A program made the translations under genes and the position numbers. From the NCBI GenBank assembly GCA_951406725.2, contig OX597814.1, positions 66,340,001 through 66,404,000 on the forward strand: a stretch of 64,000 nucleotides of DNA, given 5' to 3'. The DNA is from Octopus vulgaris (Eukaryota). Positions within the stretch are counted from its first letter, which is position 1, and each line of letters begins with the position of its first letter. Shown in pieces: positions 26,901 through 41,500 of the stretch. The notes under the pieces are model-generated. The model saw only the letters and a list, made by a program, of their open reading frames with translations. It did not search any database and was not told the origin of the DNA.

Positions 26901-29486
26901 GATGAGAATGTGCATCAAAGTCATATGATGGTGGTGATGTCATCAATGAGGCGCAATGGCCCAGTGGTTAGGGCAGCGGACTTGCGGTCGGAGGATCGCG
27001 GTTTCGATTCCCAGACCGGGCGTTGTGTGTGTTTATTGAGCGAAAACACCTAAAAGCTCCACGAGGCTCCGGCAGGGGATGGTGGTGATCCCTGCTGTAC
27101 TCTTTCACCACTCTAAAGGCGGTGCTCCAGCATGGCCGCAGTCAAATGACTGAAACAAGTACAAAAAAAAATGATAATGAGAGGGATTTATGATGATGGT
27201 GGTGGTGGTGGTCAGCAGTAGCATGGATCTTAGCTACTAAATGATACCAATCTCCAGTTCAAAAAGTCAACTTTTGCTTTTTCCTTTGCTCTTTATGCTG
27301 GCTATTTGATAATGTCAGCTATTTACCACTGGGGAGCTTGTATGTGGTTGCTTGACCTGCTAGAAATTGTCAGATCACCCTCCAATTGCATCTAGCTCTC
27401 TTAAAAAGGGATACGTTGGATAATGTAAGTCGATGTTCAGCTGGGAAATGGATTAAATTTACCATTCAGAAACAGGAATGGTCTCTTCATCAAGCTTCTG
27501 TGCAATTTCCATCTGCATGATTTTCATTTTACTCACAAGACATTGGTCAGTCTATGTTGTGCTGTAGAATTGAACTAAAAAAATTGTAGCTGCAGTGTGA
27601 TCTTCTGAATCTTCTAAGCATACCAGAACTCACTTTGGTATTGCTGCTGATGATTATGATGATTAATTTTGGTTTTGGGTAAAATAGGAACAATGTCAAA
27701 CATAATAATGTTGAAAGTGTCATAACAGAATTGGTGGTGATGAGGATGATGATAATGATAAATTTTTACTTTTCAGATATGATGGCACGCAAATAAATAA
27801 CCTGAACATCCAGAGCAGTAATGTCCGTGTCTTAAATGGTTATAACACACCAGCCAAAGGTGCTGAGTTAGCCTATAATGAAATTGACAAGATATTAAAA
27901 ATGGTAAGCATTCTGTATTATTTGATCATATGTGGATATGTTTGACTACTGCTACAAACTTTTCTGTTCAAATTGTTTTGGAGTTACTATGGTGTCCCCA
28001 CTAGATCAGACATGAAAATAGATACTGATCTCATTCATGGTTGAATGGTTTGCAAAAGGAAGAGACTACAACTACAAAACACAGATGAGCCAATACTGCA
28101 ACACCTACATTTTGTTCAACCTGGTAGAAACAGCACCCAACCATCTTAATCATTGAGAGGACAAACTGGATGGACTATGTCTGAAGAAAAGATAGGATGG
28201 TCATAATTGAAATGATTTGTCAGAGTTCAACTGGGATTAATCAACAATGGCTAAACATGATTTAAGATATCAAAAGATGAAAAATAATCTCCCTTGGAAC
28301 AGATTAGTGGTCTACCATAGATTATTGGTCTAACACTCTCAGATCATCTGATACCTATTTTTAACAGTTAGATAAAGTAAGGCAATGTAGAATATAGTGT
28401 TTTACTAAGAAACACCTGCCTTGTTGGTTTGAACTCACAATCTATGAGTAGGTAGGTAGTCTACTACTTTATTCACTATATGCAAATGGACAAATGTACT
28501 GAAAAACTATCCCAATGTCATGTTTTGTTTTTAGGAATTAGCACTCATGTTGGTGACACGTAAAAGGCACCTGTGCTGGTCACTCATAAAAGACACCCAT
28601 GCTGGTGACATGTAAAAGACACCTAATACACTCTGTGGAGTGGTTGGCATTAGGAAGGGCATCCAACCATAAAAACCAAGCCAAAACAGACTGGAGCCTG
28701 ATGCAGCTCTCGGGCTTACCATCTCCAGTTAAACCATTTAATCGATGCCAGTATGGATTATAGATTTTAAATGATGATGATGCTGATTGATTGATTATTA
28801 AAATGTTTGAATCTCTCTCTATGTGGTCAGTAAGTAAGCCAATATTTTGATTTCATGTTGATGTTGAAATGTCTATATTTTTATCTCTAATACTTTACAC
28901 AGGAACTTGGTATTGATGCCAAAAAGGAAAAACCAGAAAGTGACTGTGGTTATTCTGAACTAGAAGGTCCTGAACAACTATGTGGTGGTGCTTTGTGGGA
29001 CATCCAATGTGACTATGAGCATATGGTAGCTCTTAATGCTGCACTGTCTTCAAGTTGTGAGCTTGGCTTTGAGAAGGTAAATGAATTTTCATCATCATTG
29101 CCTTTATTATTAATGCATCCTCATCATTTCCATCATCTGCATTGTTATCATCTTCCATTTTCATAGCATTGCATGCTGCTAAAATCCCTGCCACTTACTC
29201 ATTTTTCTCATAGCTCATCCTCCAACTGATGATGAGGTGTGCAGCCTTTGTCTATGATGTCTAGAAGGCTTCTACTTGCAGTCACACTTGCATGTGTTAG
29301 TGCAATTGCAAAGGTATGTGGTGTATTTGTCATTTGTTGATGTGTTGCTTGTGATGCTTCTCCAGTTTGTTTGGTTTGCATCACATTTTTGCTCAATGTT
29401 TCACTCAGTGTTTCCCCTGTTGAATAGAAAACCTTAGTCAGACCCATTGAGAGTATAACCTATAAAAGCTGCTGCTGCTGCTGCTG

Positions 29487-29568
<82 letters not shown>

Positions 29569-32500
29569 TGATGATGATAGTAATGATGATGATGATGATG
29601 ATAGTAATGATGATGATGATGATGATAGTAATGATGATGATGATGATGATAGTAATAATGATGATGATGATGATGGTTATATTACTGGGGTCAACTTGAC
29701 CATTCATCCATGTGGGGTCAATACAGTAAAATACCAATGAAGTAGTGTAGCTTATGATATTGATTAAACCTCTTCTCTCAAAATTGTTTACCTTATGCCT
29801 AGATCAGAAAGCAGCTCCAGAAAAATACATTGTAGCTCTTGGCGATCTAAGTTCAAATTCTGCTGTTGTCAACTTCACCTTTTATCCTTTTGAGGTCAAT
29901 AAAATAAAAAACAAATTGAGTATTGGGGTCAAGAAAAAAACGACTGTTTTTAATTTAGGCAAAAGGTCATCAATATTGTGGGGAAGAGTTCGTTGATACC
30001 GACCCTAACCCTAACCTAAACTAGTATGTGATGATGATGGTGATATCTTATATCGGCACATTAGTTGGAGATGGAGTGTAGTTAATTGAATCTGAATTCT
30101 GAATTAAAGTGATATAATTATGTGATTATAAATCCTTAGTGTAGCACATTATTTTTTCTTTTAACATTCCAACATTAAAATGATATTGATAATGTTTTCT
30201 TACATTGGTACATCATCATCATCACCATTATTTAACATCTGTTTTCCATGTTGGCCTGGGTTGAATGGTTTGACCAGAGCTGAGAAGCCAGATGACCACA
30301 CTGCACTTTATTGTCAGTTTTGGCATGCAGTGACCTTACAGTGCAGTACAATAAGAATATTAATAGTCTACTTTCTCTTTCTCTCGCTCTCTCTCTCTCT
30401 CTCACTCTCTTTCTTTCTTTATTTATTTATTTATCTATCTATCTATCTCTTATTGTCTTGAGTAAAAAAAAAGTAGAATGATCTAAGGGAACTATTTCAT
30501 GTGGGCTTGTGACATGAATCTAGATAGATAAATTAAGAGGTGATGTACAGAATGACTTGGATAAAAAATAAAGTTTCAGTTTATTGAAATTTCCCATTTA
30601 GTTGGAGAGAGACTACAAAAAACATGGTGGTAATTGTTTATAACTTTCATAGAAAATAGAAATAATTTCAAGAAATTAAGAATTAATTTCTGTAAACTAT
30701 TTACAAACAAGGGAAAATTTGATAGTTGTTTGCAAGCAAGGGAAACAGTTATGGACAGGTTTTAGTCTTATTGAATTTCATCAGTATAGTATTGTCTACT
30801 CAACTACATTAGTCCATTTTTACATAAAAAGAAAAATGTCACAAGTAACTTTTGGCTAGTGATAAGAAAAAAAAATCAGCTAAGGGAAGTTAACTCAAGT
30901 TGGATATTGGCATAAATTTAGATAAATATGATGTGCTGTATGAATGACTTCTGCAAAAAATACTTTATTAAGTGAAATTTTTCTTTTGGAGAAAGGAAAC
31001 AAATACCTAACATCAGTTGCTTGTACCTTTCGAAAAGAATGTGAAATAATTTTACGAAATTATGAATCAGCCTGTACTGTAAGACATCAGCAAGTTTTAT
31101 TGATATAAGGATTTTTTTTCCTCTAATTGTAATTCCTGTCTCATATATTTCAGTATTATGAGCAATTGAATAGTCATGTACATGCCTGTGGACCTCAACC
31201 ACCCCTTTTGATCATTGGTTCTTCTGGCACCGGTCGTTCTTTGCTCCTAGCAAAATGGTAAATGAAATTTTTATTCACTTTTCATTTTTTATCTGGAGAG
31301 AACCCAGAATAATTTTAACATCTGAAAGAACAATGATTACTCCTTAAATTTCATCTTTATTGAAAACACAAAAACAAAACCGTTAGATTCACTTCAACAT
31401 TTAAATTTAATTTGTCAAAATATTTTCATTATTTTGAAACCGTGACTTGTTCACTGACAAAATTCCAAAATGCAGCACGGAATTTTGTCAATGAACAAGT
31501 TGCAGTTTCAAAGCGATGAAAATATTTTGACAAATTAAATTTAAATGTTGAAGTGAAACTAATGGTTTTTGTGTGTTTTTTAAATGGCTTATAAACATCT
31601 TCCGCGCTGCAATTGTTTTTGTTTAAGCACACAATCTCAGATCAAATCACTTGTTATGCAAGTACATCTCTGTAATTTATCTTTATTGTTTACAGAGATG
31701 TTGGTCTAATCTAAATATTTTTTGTTTTTATTTATGTCTGTGTTCTGTCAAATAATTTCCAGTGTTAGTTAATTAAACATTATTATATTGTACCGGAAAC
31801 AAAATGCTAAAATTATTATTTATTTATATATGCTACTTTATTGTTGCCTTTGTGGAATCCCATGACTCTCTGTTACCATCCAATTCCATTATTATGTGGC
31901 TGAACAGATGCTATGTCTTGCCAAAGGGAAGCCTGTAACTATGCAGGGGATAGTTGTCACTCCATGAGATATTTTCAAAATATCCACATACCCATTATTT
32001 ACATATAAGTATAATTAATTTGTATCCTACCTAATTATTTCTCACATCCACCCATTTCCCTGTGTTTCCTTCCCCTAGTCATATTTAGACTTGGAGTAAA
32101 CAGTCTCTTCGCATTTAAAACACTAACATTTTTTCAGTATTGGTAAAAGAAATACTGTTAGCATACTGAGGCTGATTCAATTCAGATTTTGTAGCTTGCT
32201 TATCACTCTTAGAAATCACTATAAGGCTGGGCAACAGACCAGTAGAATTATTAGTACATCAGGTAAAATGCCTTTGATATTTGTTCTGGTTCTTCACATT
32301 CTGAGTTCAAATCCTGCTGAGGTCAACTTCTGAAGTTCATAAAATAAAGTAGCATTTGTGTCCTTGGGCTGATTAAATTGACTGTTCCTCTTCCACTAAA
32401 TTTCTGTCCTGAGGTTTAATAAAGAAATTATTATTAAAGCAAGAGAAATGCTGAATGAAATGCCTTACAATATTTAGTGTTCTACCTCAACATTTTGAAT

Positions 32501-35500
32501 TCAAATTTTGACACAGTCTACATCTACCATTTTGACCCTTTGCAGGGCTGTAAACCGTCAGATCATAAACATGGGATCAACACCAACAGAAAACTTGGAT
32601 TTGACAAAATGATACAGGACTAAGCAACTAGGATATTTTTGTTGATGGAGTTGGGTCCTATGAAAACAAAAGAGAATAACTGTCCAATATTGTAGTATTG
32701 TGGTTGATTCAGTCAATTGTACTGCTTGCTTGTACATTTGTTCTCCTGCATAGATATTATTAATATATTATTGTTGTTAATTATAGTTATGGCTGCCAAT
32801 GGATTGCAGAATTGGTTCAAGGGTCAGACTCAATGACTTGCAATATTATTTAGTTACATTCATTTGCATTTGGATTTTAAATATCACCAAATATTGGAGT
32901 CAATCTAATTAACATTATCTTCAATGGCATAGTACCTATCCCCGAAATCATTGTTATTGTTACTGAGATCAGTAGATCTTAAAATTTGTAAAATTTCTTT
33001 ATAAAAACTTCATTGGCTTAATGGATAAGGCATATCCTGCCCTTATATTTAATATTTTATCTAACCAATATGTTTTGATCATGCAATTGATGAACAAGGA
33101 AGTCTCACAATATAGTTAACTCTTCAACTTCAGTGACTAGATCCAGTTGACTTTCATACCAGTTTAACTTGAAGAACTCCTGGTAAAAGTAAAGTGACAT
33201 TCTTGAGTCATATTGACTCATAAGGGATGGTTTCCTGGTTTCATGGCATATAAATTCACCACCTGGATGGGACACTAGAATTACTCATTTTTGCCAGCTG
33301 AGTGAACTGGAGCAGCATGAAATTAAGTATTTTGCTCAAGAACGCAACGCGTTGCCCGGTCCAGGAATCAAAACCACAATCTTACGATCATGAGTCCAAT
33401 ATCCTAACCACTAAGCCATGCACCTCCACAAAGAACTCCTGGCTAAACTTCCAGTGAATATATTAATAAAATCTATAGCAGAATATTCCTGTTTCCACGA
33501 AAAAAAAGTTGTGAATGAAAAAATCAGTAATTTTGAATAAATTATGGTGTTATATTTTTCATGTTGAAAGTTTATATCCTATCAAGTTAAAAACAATAAT
33601 AATAGTTACTATTTTGCTTTTATTTTTGTCCCTGTGCCAATGCGCAGAGTCATAAAAATTATTTAAATGACTTGAATATTTATGTTTTTCTCTTTTGTTT
33701 TTGTAGGACCCAACTTCATCAAGAAAAATATCCTAGTTGCTTAGTCATGTGTCATTTCGTCAAATCCAAGTCTTCTGTTGGTGCTGATCCCATATTTATG
33801 ATCCGGCGGTTTACAGCCCAGGTATTTCAGTCGTTCTGCTTATTGAATTTTTTACACGTATGCAAACACTTTCATTGCCTGTATTGGCAGAATTTCTGCA
33901 TTTAATTTAATTTCTTTACATTCTGAGTTTAAATCCTGCTGCAGTCATCTTTACCTTTCCTCCCTCTAGGGTTGGTTTAATAGATTATGCCCCCTCCACA
34001 AAATCTGTGGCCTTTTGCCTGTGTTTGAAATTCTCATTTTTCATATTTGATGTTGTTAATAACTGAAGAGATGTCTGTGGTAATATAGTGCAAGATGCTC
34101 TCTAATGTAAATGGGTTTCATTTTTAATTTTGTACAGAACCTTGTGTAACCTCACAAGAAAAAATTCTTAGCTGCATTTCTTCTGTCTTTACATTCTGAG
34201 TTCAAAAGCTGTTGGGGTCGATTTTGCCTGTCATCCTTTCAGCGTCAATAAAATAAGTACTAGTTGAACACTGGGGGTCAATATAATTGACTTACTCTCT
34301 CTCCTGAAATTACTAGCCTTCTGCCCAAATTTGAAACCCAGTATTAATCTTGTTTTATATTCTGAGTTCAAGCCCGGTCATGGAGCAGGGTTTCGAATCA
34401 TTCAACTATGCCTCATATTTCATTACAGAACCAGCCTTGTTCTTAAAGTTGGTGGAGATAGTTATTACAACAGTTTGCAAAATTATTTACGTTGCACTTT
34501 TCAGCTTGATGCATGGGATCAAATTCAAATTTTGTCTTTTGCAGGTCAACAGAATTAGCACCATTATATTTTAGCCAAGTTCCATAGCTTAAGCCCATTT
34601 TTAACCAAGTAATATACATGAGTTGAGTTAAACTCAGAACTGCAAGTCAACTAGACATTCAACAGTTTCTTTATGCTGCCACTACAGACAGTGGTAGGTT
34701 GTTCACACCCTGTACTACCCATTTACATTTAGATAGGCTTTAGAGTTATACCTCTTGTCTACAAAGATAATGCTGCATCATGGGTAATGTATCTTAGGTA
34801 CCACTACTATCTTAGATGTCTATAGGAGTCCACCCTGTTATATATTCTGGTTATCTTCTCTGTTGTGTTTTATATCTCGATATTGAGCTATAGCTCTTCA
34901 GGTCAGGCATTAACCACATTTATTTCACATACCTTGGAGGGCCTACAAAAGTTACAAATACGTTCTTCCTTCTTCCCTACCGAACATATATTTAAAAAAT
35001 GTTAAGCTACAAGCTGATAACACCTGATTGAATTTATATAGTTGCTATGTAAATTTTATCAGGACTACTCCAACTTTTACAAAATTTAGTTTTGTGTTAG
35101 TGGTGTTCCAGTAAGGTCACAGCCTACCCTTTGAGACTAGTGAGAAAGTCAAAGTGTAATGAAAAGAAATCTATAATCTGATTTGCTCATTTCTTTACCA
35201 CAGCTGATGCAGCATGTTACCTCACCACCTGCTTTGACATGTAACCCTGTACGTCTGGAAGAGGAGTTTCCTCGATGGTTAGAGAAAGTTTCATCAAGAC
35301 TGCCTGGTGGGGTGGTTTTGGTACTTGATTCTATTGACCTCTTTCAAGTAAGTATCAAGCAGTTTTTATCATCTTTGAGATACATTCATTTTATTTTATG
35401 TTTATATATTTGTTTTCCAAAATTCTTGATGTGAAATTGTATTTTGAAACAGATATTGTTATACACAGGGATGGTCATATTTTGCCAATAGTGTGTGTGT

Positions 35501-38500
35501 TTAATTGGCAAAATATGGCCATCCACAAGTATAACATTTTATATTACATTCATTTTATTAAATAAGGCTTTGCAATGGTTAAATTATTACTTTCTGTATA
35601 TTCTAAATCTGTGGTTTGGTGCTGGACCAGCAACTCAAAAGTCTTTAGTTCAAATCTACAGCAAGTCTTTGTTATGCATTTGGGTAGAACATTTCTGCTT
35701 TTCTGTTATCTAACTATCAGAAATAGTTATCTCATACTGAACAGAATGACAACTAACTCATGGTTGAGATTTATCTTTCATATATCTACTGTCATGAGAC
35801 CAAGGTTAAACACCAACCCTTAAAGATTCTCAGGGCTTAAGGGACATATGCATTTTATAGAATGCTGATTTTGCTGGTAAGACTGAAGAAATACGATAAT
35901 TATATTAAGTGCCTCAATAAAAAACAAAGAGAGAGTGATTGCTACAATAGCAGCAGCCATTGCTCAGGATTCTCTGCGGCAGTGTGTCTATGTAGTCATT
36001 TTTGGTACCACTGTTGGAAATATACTGAGTTTATGATGAGACTTTGTAAATTAGGAAATTTGGAATTAAGTTATTACTTCTTAAAATTATCTGAAGTCCA
36101 ATTCATAATTCCAGTTTCAGTTGTCTTAGAAAGATCAAAAACATATCACTGCCAACTCTTTTCTAAGGAATAGGATACTCTGTTTTATATTTTTTGAGAA
36201 AGATCTGATATTTATTCTTTCAAATTAGGCAAATCAGGTATGTAGTTAGAGTACAGTTTGAACTTCCAACTTACACACTCAACCATTTTAATTCTGCAAA
36301 TTTGATTACAGGATTCTGCATTTCATGATGTTTTTTGTTTATTTCCTTTCGTTTTTTTCTCTATTTTTTTTTTTTATTCATCTTCTCAAGGAAGCTGAAG
36401 AACACCTCAAGTGGTTATTGGATCCATTGCCTGTTGGTGTTCATGTGATAGCAACAGTAAATGAAAAGTCTTGTCCACAGTCTTGGAGGTAAGATATTAT
36501 AAATTATACACATCAGTTTTCTTGGACTCCAAGAGGCATCTTCTGTAAGTAGTGTCACCTAAAAAGGAATTGTCACATGCAAGTCATTGTTACAAACATC
36601 AACATAAAGCAAATCTTTTAGGATCTATTTTTGCAAGTTATAGAGTACAAAGGATATTGAGCTCCCTGCTAAGCCTATAGTCAGTGAACTGAATACCAGG
36701 AATATATAAGAGAGTAAGGTTAATGAACTTTTATTATAGAAACTGAGAATCTTATTTTGCCACAATATGCATACTAGCCTTATCATAAAATTCTAGCAAA
36801 CACTATTTATTACACATAGTATAAGGTATTGTAATATGCTGTTGTTTTTTAGCCCCAGGTCAGCCTGATTGAGCAGACCTATGATCAAAAGCTTTTCAAC
36901 TATGACAGTTTTATCTTTTTTTTATATTTAAGGCTACATTGTTCCAGTAAATCCTTCCTTTTTTAAGATGGTTGGATTTCTATCAAACTAAGTGATTACA
37001 TAGTCCTCTATGTGTTATCCTTACACATAAACATTAAAGAACAATGAAAAAAAAATTCCTTTAAACAATTGCTGGACAAAGATATTTATATTAATATACA
37101 AATGTATTTCTTTTGAAAAGCCAGCCTGCCAATGCAAGTATGAAAAATTTGAGTACAATGGTAAAACACAAAAAAATAAGTAAAAATACAAAGTCTGGTT
37201 GTTATTCTGAATTTGTATTTTCTACTTCTAGACAATGGGCAACACTTCATCTAGATCCATTAAGCAAGAAAAATGTCAAAGAACTTCTCAGGGCAGAGCT
37301 AGCTTTGTTTGACATTCGTTTGAGTCAAGAAGAAGAGACCAGTATCCTAGAACATTGCCAGACTGATGACACTTGTGCACCACTGTTTACTATGGTTTTA
37401 ACTCGACATATTGTATGGTAAGTGACTTTTAATTTTACAATACTCAGTCACAATCTTAAATATATGACATTATGCCTTACATCACCGTCTCCACAATTAT
37501 TGGTTGACTCCATAATTATCATCATTGTTTAAACATTAATGTTTTGATGTGAGTGCTCTACAATATATACATACCGCTTTATCTTGATCTTTCATTATCT
37601 TGTTTGACAACCTAGCAACATTTGATTTGATCTTTCTGCTTTTTTCCAGAATCTTTTTGTCTATCTCTGTCACATGTATCCTCCACTCTCAACTCCAGAT
37701 ACTTCTGACCATTAAATGTTTCTATAAACCAAGTCATCTCTGCTTTGTACATTGAATAATGCTTTAAATAGCCATCAGCTTTCTCAACTCACATATATTT
37801 AACTTATTCTGAGGATTATTTTTGCAAACACATTTTTACAACCCATTCTTCTTAGCTATTACTTCATTGAGATGGATGACTCAGACATTGCTATCAAATA
37901 TATTGGAGTGGTCTATTGGTCCAGCACAAGATTTATCATGTTAAATAAACACTAGTTCATCCTAGAACCATGTTACATATGTTGTTTGCACTATTCATAT
38001 GTAGTGTAGTAGCAAGTGTGCTCTAACTATTTTTATGTAGAGGGACTTTCTTGAAAATTGCAGTGGATACAGAAAAGTTGGATTTAATATTTAATATAAG
38101 AGGTCGACAACTCTACAAATAGGCAATGGTCAAATGTTAAATGTTTAAATCCTGATTAATTTTAATCTTATTGCCATGTTCTACCGTTTATGGATGGTAT
38201 GACAGTTGTAGCATTTGTAGATAATATTTGCAGAAACCAAAACTACTTCTGATAAAAATTGTAGGTAGTTGTCTATATTTATGTATCAAATACAACACAT
38301 CTGTCTGAAACTCTGAAATACAAGCCCATCTCTATTGTCCTGCTATATCTTTGTATACTCTAACTTTCTTTCTTAAGGTGATGTCTATATATATATATGA
38401 AGAACCCGTACATTTTATAACTTAACTGTCTCCTCTAGATTTTAATAACAAATATTTCTAGTTACTTTAACTCAAAGTTTTCTTCTCTCAGTCCTAACTG

Positions 38501-41500
38501 ACATACTAATCCTCCAGCCCAGTGGTTCCCAAACTATGAGTCGCGACCCATCTGTGGGTCACGAACAGAATCTTAGTGGGTCGCAAAAAGTTATAAAATT
38601 ACGCATTAGCTTTGATTAACTGCTGTCTATCGAGATAGTTCAAGACTTATGTTTTCAATACCAGACTTGTTGTTTTATTAAGCAGTAGACTTTTTCACGA
38701 ACTTAACAAATCAGAGGTTGTCATTTTCTCAAGTTATTTATTCGTACGTAATCGTAAAAAGGAAAGGTCTGTTTTTACCTATTTATAGAGAACTTTAACT
38801 AGGCGAAGTATAACACTGATCGAGCCGATAACAGTTCCTACTTCAAGGTTTTGTATTAGTGTTAGTATTTACACATAGGATATAGAGACGTTGAAACAGT
38901 TATAAAACGTTTTGTTTCACATTTGATATAAATAGCAAAAAATTTAAATAAATAAGATATGGATTTCACTAGTAAGTTTATAAAAAAGTATAGGAGTGAT
39001 CACCAGGAGGCTATCAATTAGCCAATGAAATGATTGGAATAGACAGCAGCTAAACGGTAGATAGATCAAGAGAGTCTATCAGATAAATGGTTTAAATAGC
39101 ATCACATCGATTGAAATGTCATTTATCATTAATTGTAGAAGTTCGCATGATCCCAAACGTATTTTGATTCTGTCAAGTCTCTCAGTAAGTCGAAATTATC
39201 TGTCCTTCTAAATTCGATTTTTTCGTATTTACTCAGTTATTATGGATATTATGGATAAATGGTTAAAAAACGCAGTTGAAGCTGATGACGATGAGTCTTC
39301 AGTGAATCGAAACGAAGAAAAGACCAATCAATCAAAACTAAGCCAGTCAAAGCAAAGAAAAGTATTAAGAAAGTATGATTACGAGTATTTAAAAAAGGGA
39401 TTTACATGGAATGGAGTTGAAGAAGATCCACGACCACGATGCATCATTTGTTAGGAACAACTTGCAAAGAGAGCATGCATCCAAACAAATTGCGTCGTCA
39501 TCTTGAGACTAAGCACTCCGAGTTAAAAGACAAGCCTCTCAATCTTTTTGAGCGAATGTTAACCAAGTTAAAGATAGGACAGAGCATTATGCAACATTAC
39601 ACCAAAGTAAATGAAAAATCTCTGTATGTGTCTTACTTGATCAGTTTAAGAATCGCAAAAACTGGTAAGCCACACACAATTGGGGAGACTTTAGTTCTTC
39701 CAGCTATAAAAGATACAGTTAAAGTTTTCTTTGGTGATAAGAGTGAACAAAAAATTGAATCAATTCCTATTTCTAATAACACAGTCACGCGTAGAATCGA
39801 TGAAATGTCTGAATGGGTAGAAAATCAAGTTATTGAATGGATTCGTGGAAGTCTTTTTTTTCTTTACAACTCGATGAATCTACTGACGTACAAGGTTTGT
39901 GCCAGCTACTAGTTTTTGTACGTTACATATGGAACTTTGTACCTCATGAAGATATGTTGTTCTGCGAACCTGTCAGTCGAAGTACCAGCGATGAAATTTT
40001 TAATACAGTTGATACTTATATTAGGGCAAAAAATCTTGATTGGCATAAATGTATCGGAATATGTACAGACGGCGCACGGGCTATGTGCGGTAGAAATTAT
40101 GGTGTGGTGACCAGAATACTTGAACTTAATCCCAATGCATCATGGACTCACTGTAACCTTCACAGGGCAGCGTTAGTATCAAAACATCTATCTGATAATT
40201 TTGAAAATGTTTTGAAATCATCAGTCAAAATAGTGAACTTTATTAAGTCAAAGCCTTTGCAATCGCACCTATTTGAGAAGTTGTGCGAAGAGATGGGAAG
40301 CGATCATAAATCACTGCTTTTGCACAGAGAAATACGATGGCTCTCTAGGAGAAAAGTGTTAACAAGACTTGCAGAACTCCGCGAAGAAATAGCCATATTT
40401 TTAGAAGATAAAAGCGATTTTGTGAAATATTTGTGCGACGAAGAATTTGTTCTGAGGCTTACATATTTGGCAGATATTTTTTCGAAATTAAACGACCTGA
40501 ATTTGTATTTACAAGGAACAGAAGGTATCAGTATATTTGCAATTCATGAGAAAATTCGAGGTTTTATGAAAAAACTTGTCTTGTGGAAAAATCATATTAA
40601 CAACCGAAATTATGACTGTTTTGAAACATTTGAAACTTTTGTAATGGAGAATAAAGCAAAAGTTGATGATGGTATAATCATTGAGATATCTGAACACTTG
40701 AATAAGTTAAATGAAAGTTTTGAATTTTATTTTCATAAAGAGATGAATACTATGCAACAGAAAAGATGGATTATGAACCCCTCTCAGCCTGACGTGACGA
40801 CTGGAATATCAACAAAAGCTGATGAGGAACTTATCGATTTATCCGAAGACTCTTCCTTGAAACTGACTTTTAACACCTGAAAATTGGTACAGTTCTGGGC
40901 GTCTCTTCAAACCTCGTACCCAATCATTTCCACCGAAGCATTAAAAGTACTTCTCCCTTTCACGTCATCTTCAGTGAAGTTGAATTTTCATCAATGGTTG
41001 GGATTAAAAGCAAATATCGAAATAAACTGCAGCTCTCAAATTCTTTACGCCTGAAACTATCGCGCATTGAACCTGATGTTAATTCTATTATTGAGCGTAG
41101 CAAGAAACAGGCTCATCCTTCTCACAGGCCTCACTGATGATGTAATCTGATATAAATTTGTTAATTTCATTAATGTTTTTACTCAGTAGAGTTAAGTGGG
41201 TCGTCATAAACTGGTGTGATAAATAGTGGGTCGTGACTCTAAAAAGTTTGGGAACCACTGCTCCAGCCTATTCATCACTCTCTCTGCAGTCATTGTATTG
41301 TTTGACCTTTGCCCAGTTGAGATAATACAGCTTACATCTTTCTGTTGCTCAGTGACTCCTAACCTACTCCAAACTCACTGGTATTGCTTCTTGGTTAACT
41401 GGTTGAGGTTCACCAGTTCTTTGCAGCAAATGTGATATGTAATTTCTCACTCATTGAAGAGAATTAATTAAGTGACTGATGTCCTATCACCTCTCTTGTA

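Noticed and set aside
29438-29737. Poly-Ile/Ser ORF
   Set aside because: It is a microsatellite translation
30001-30018. CCCTAA telomere-like repeats
   Set aside because: Only about two units, which is expected by chance or from a repeat remnant
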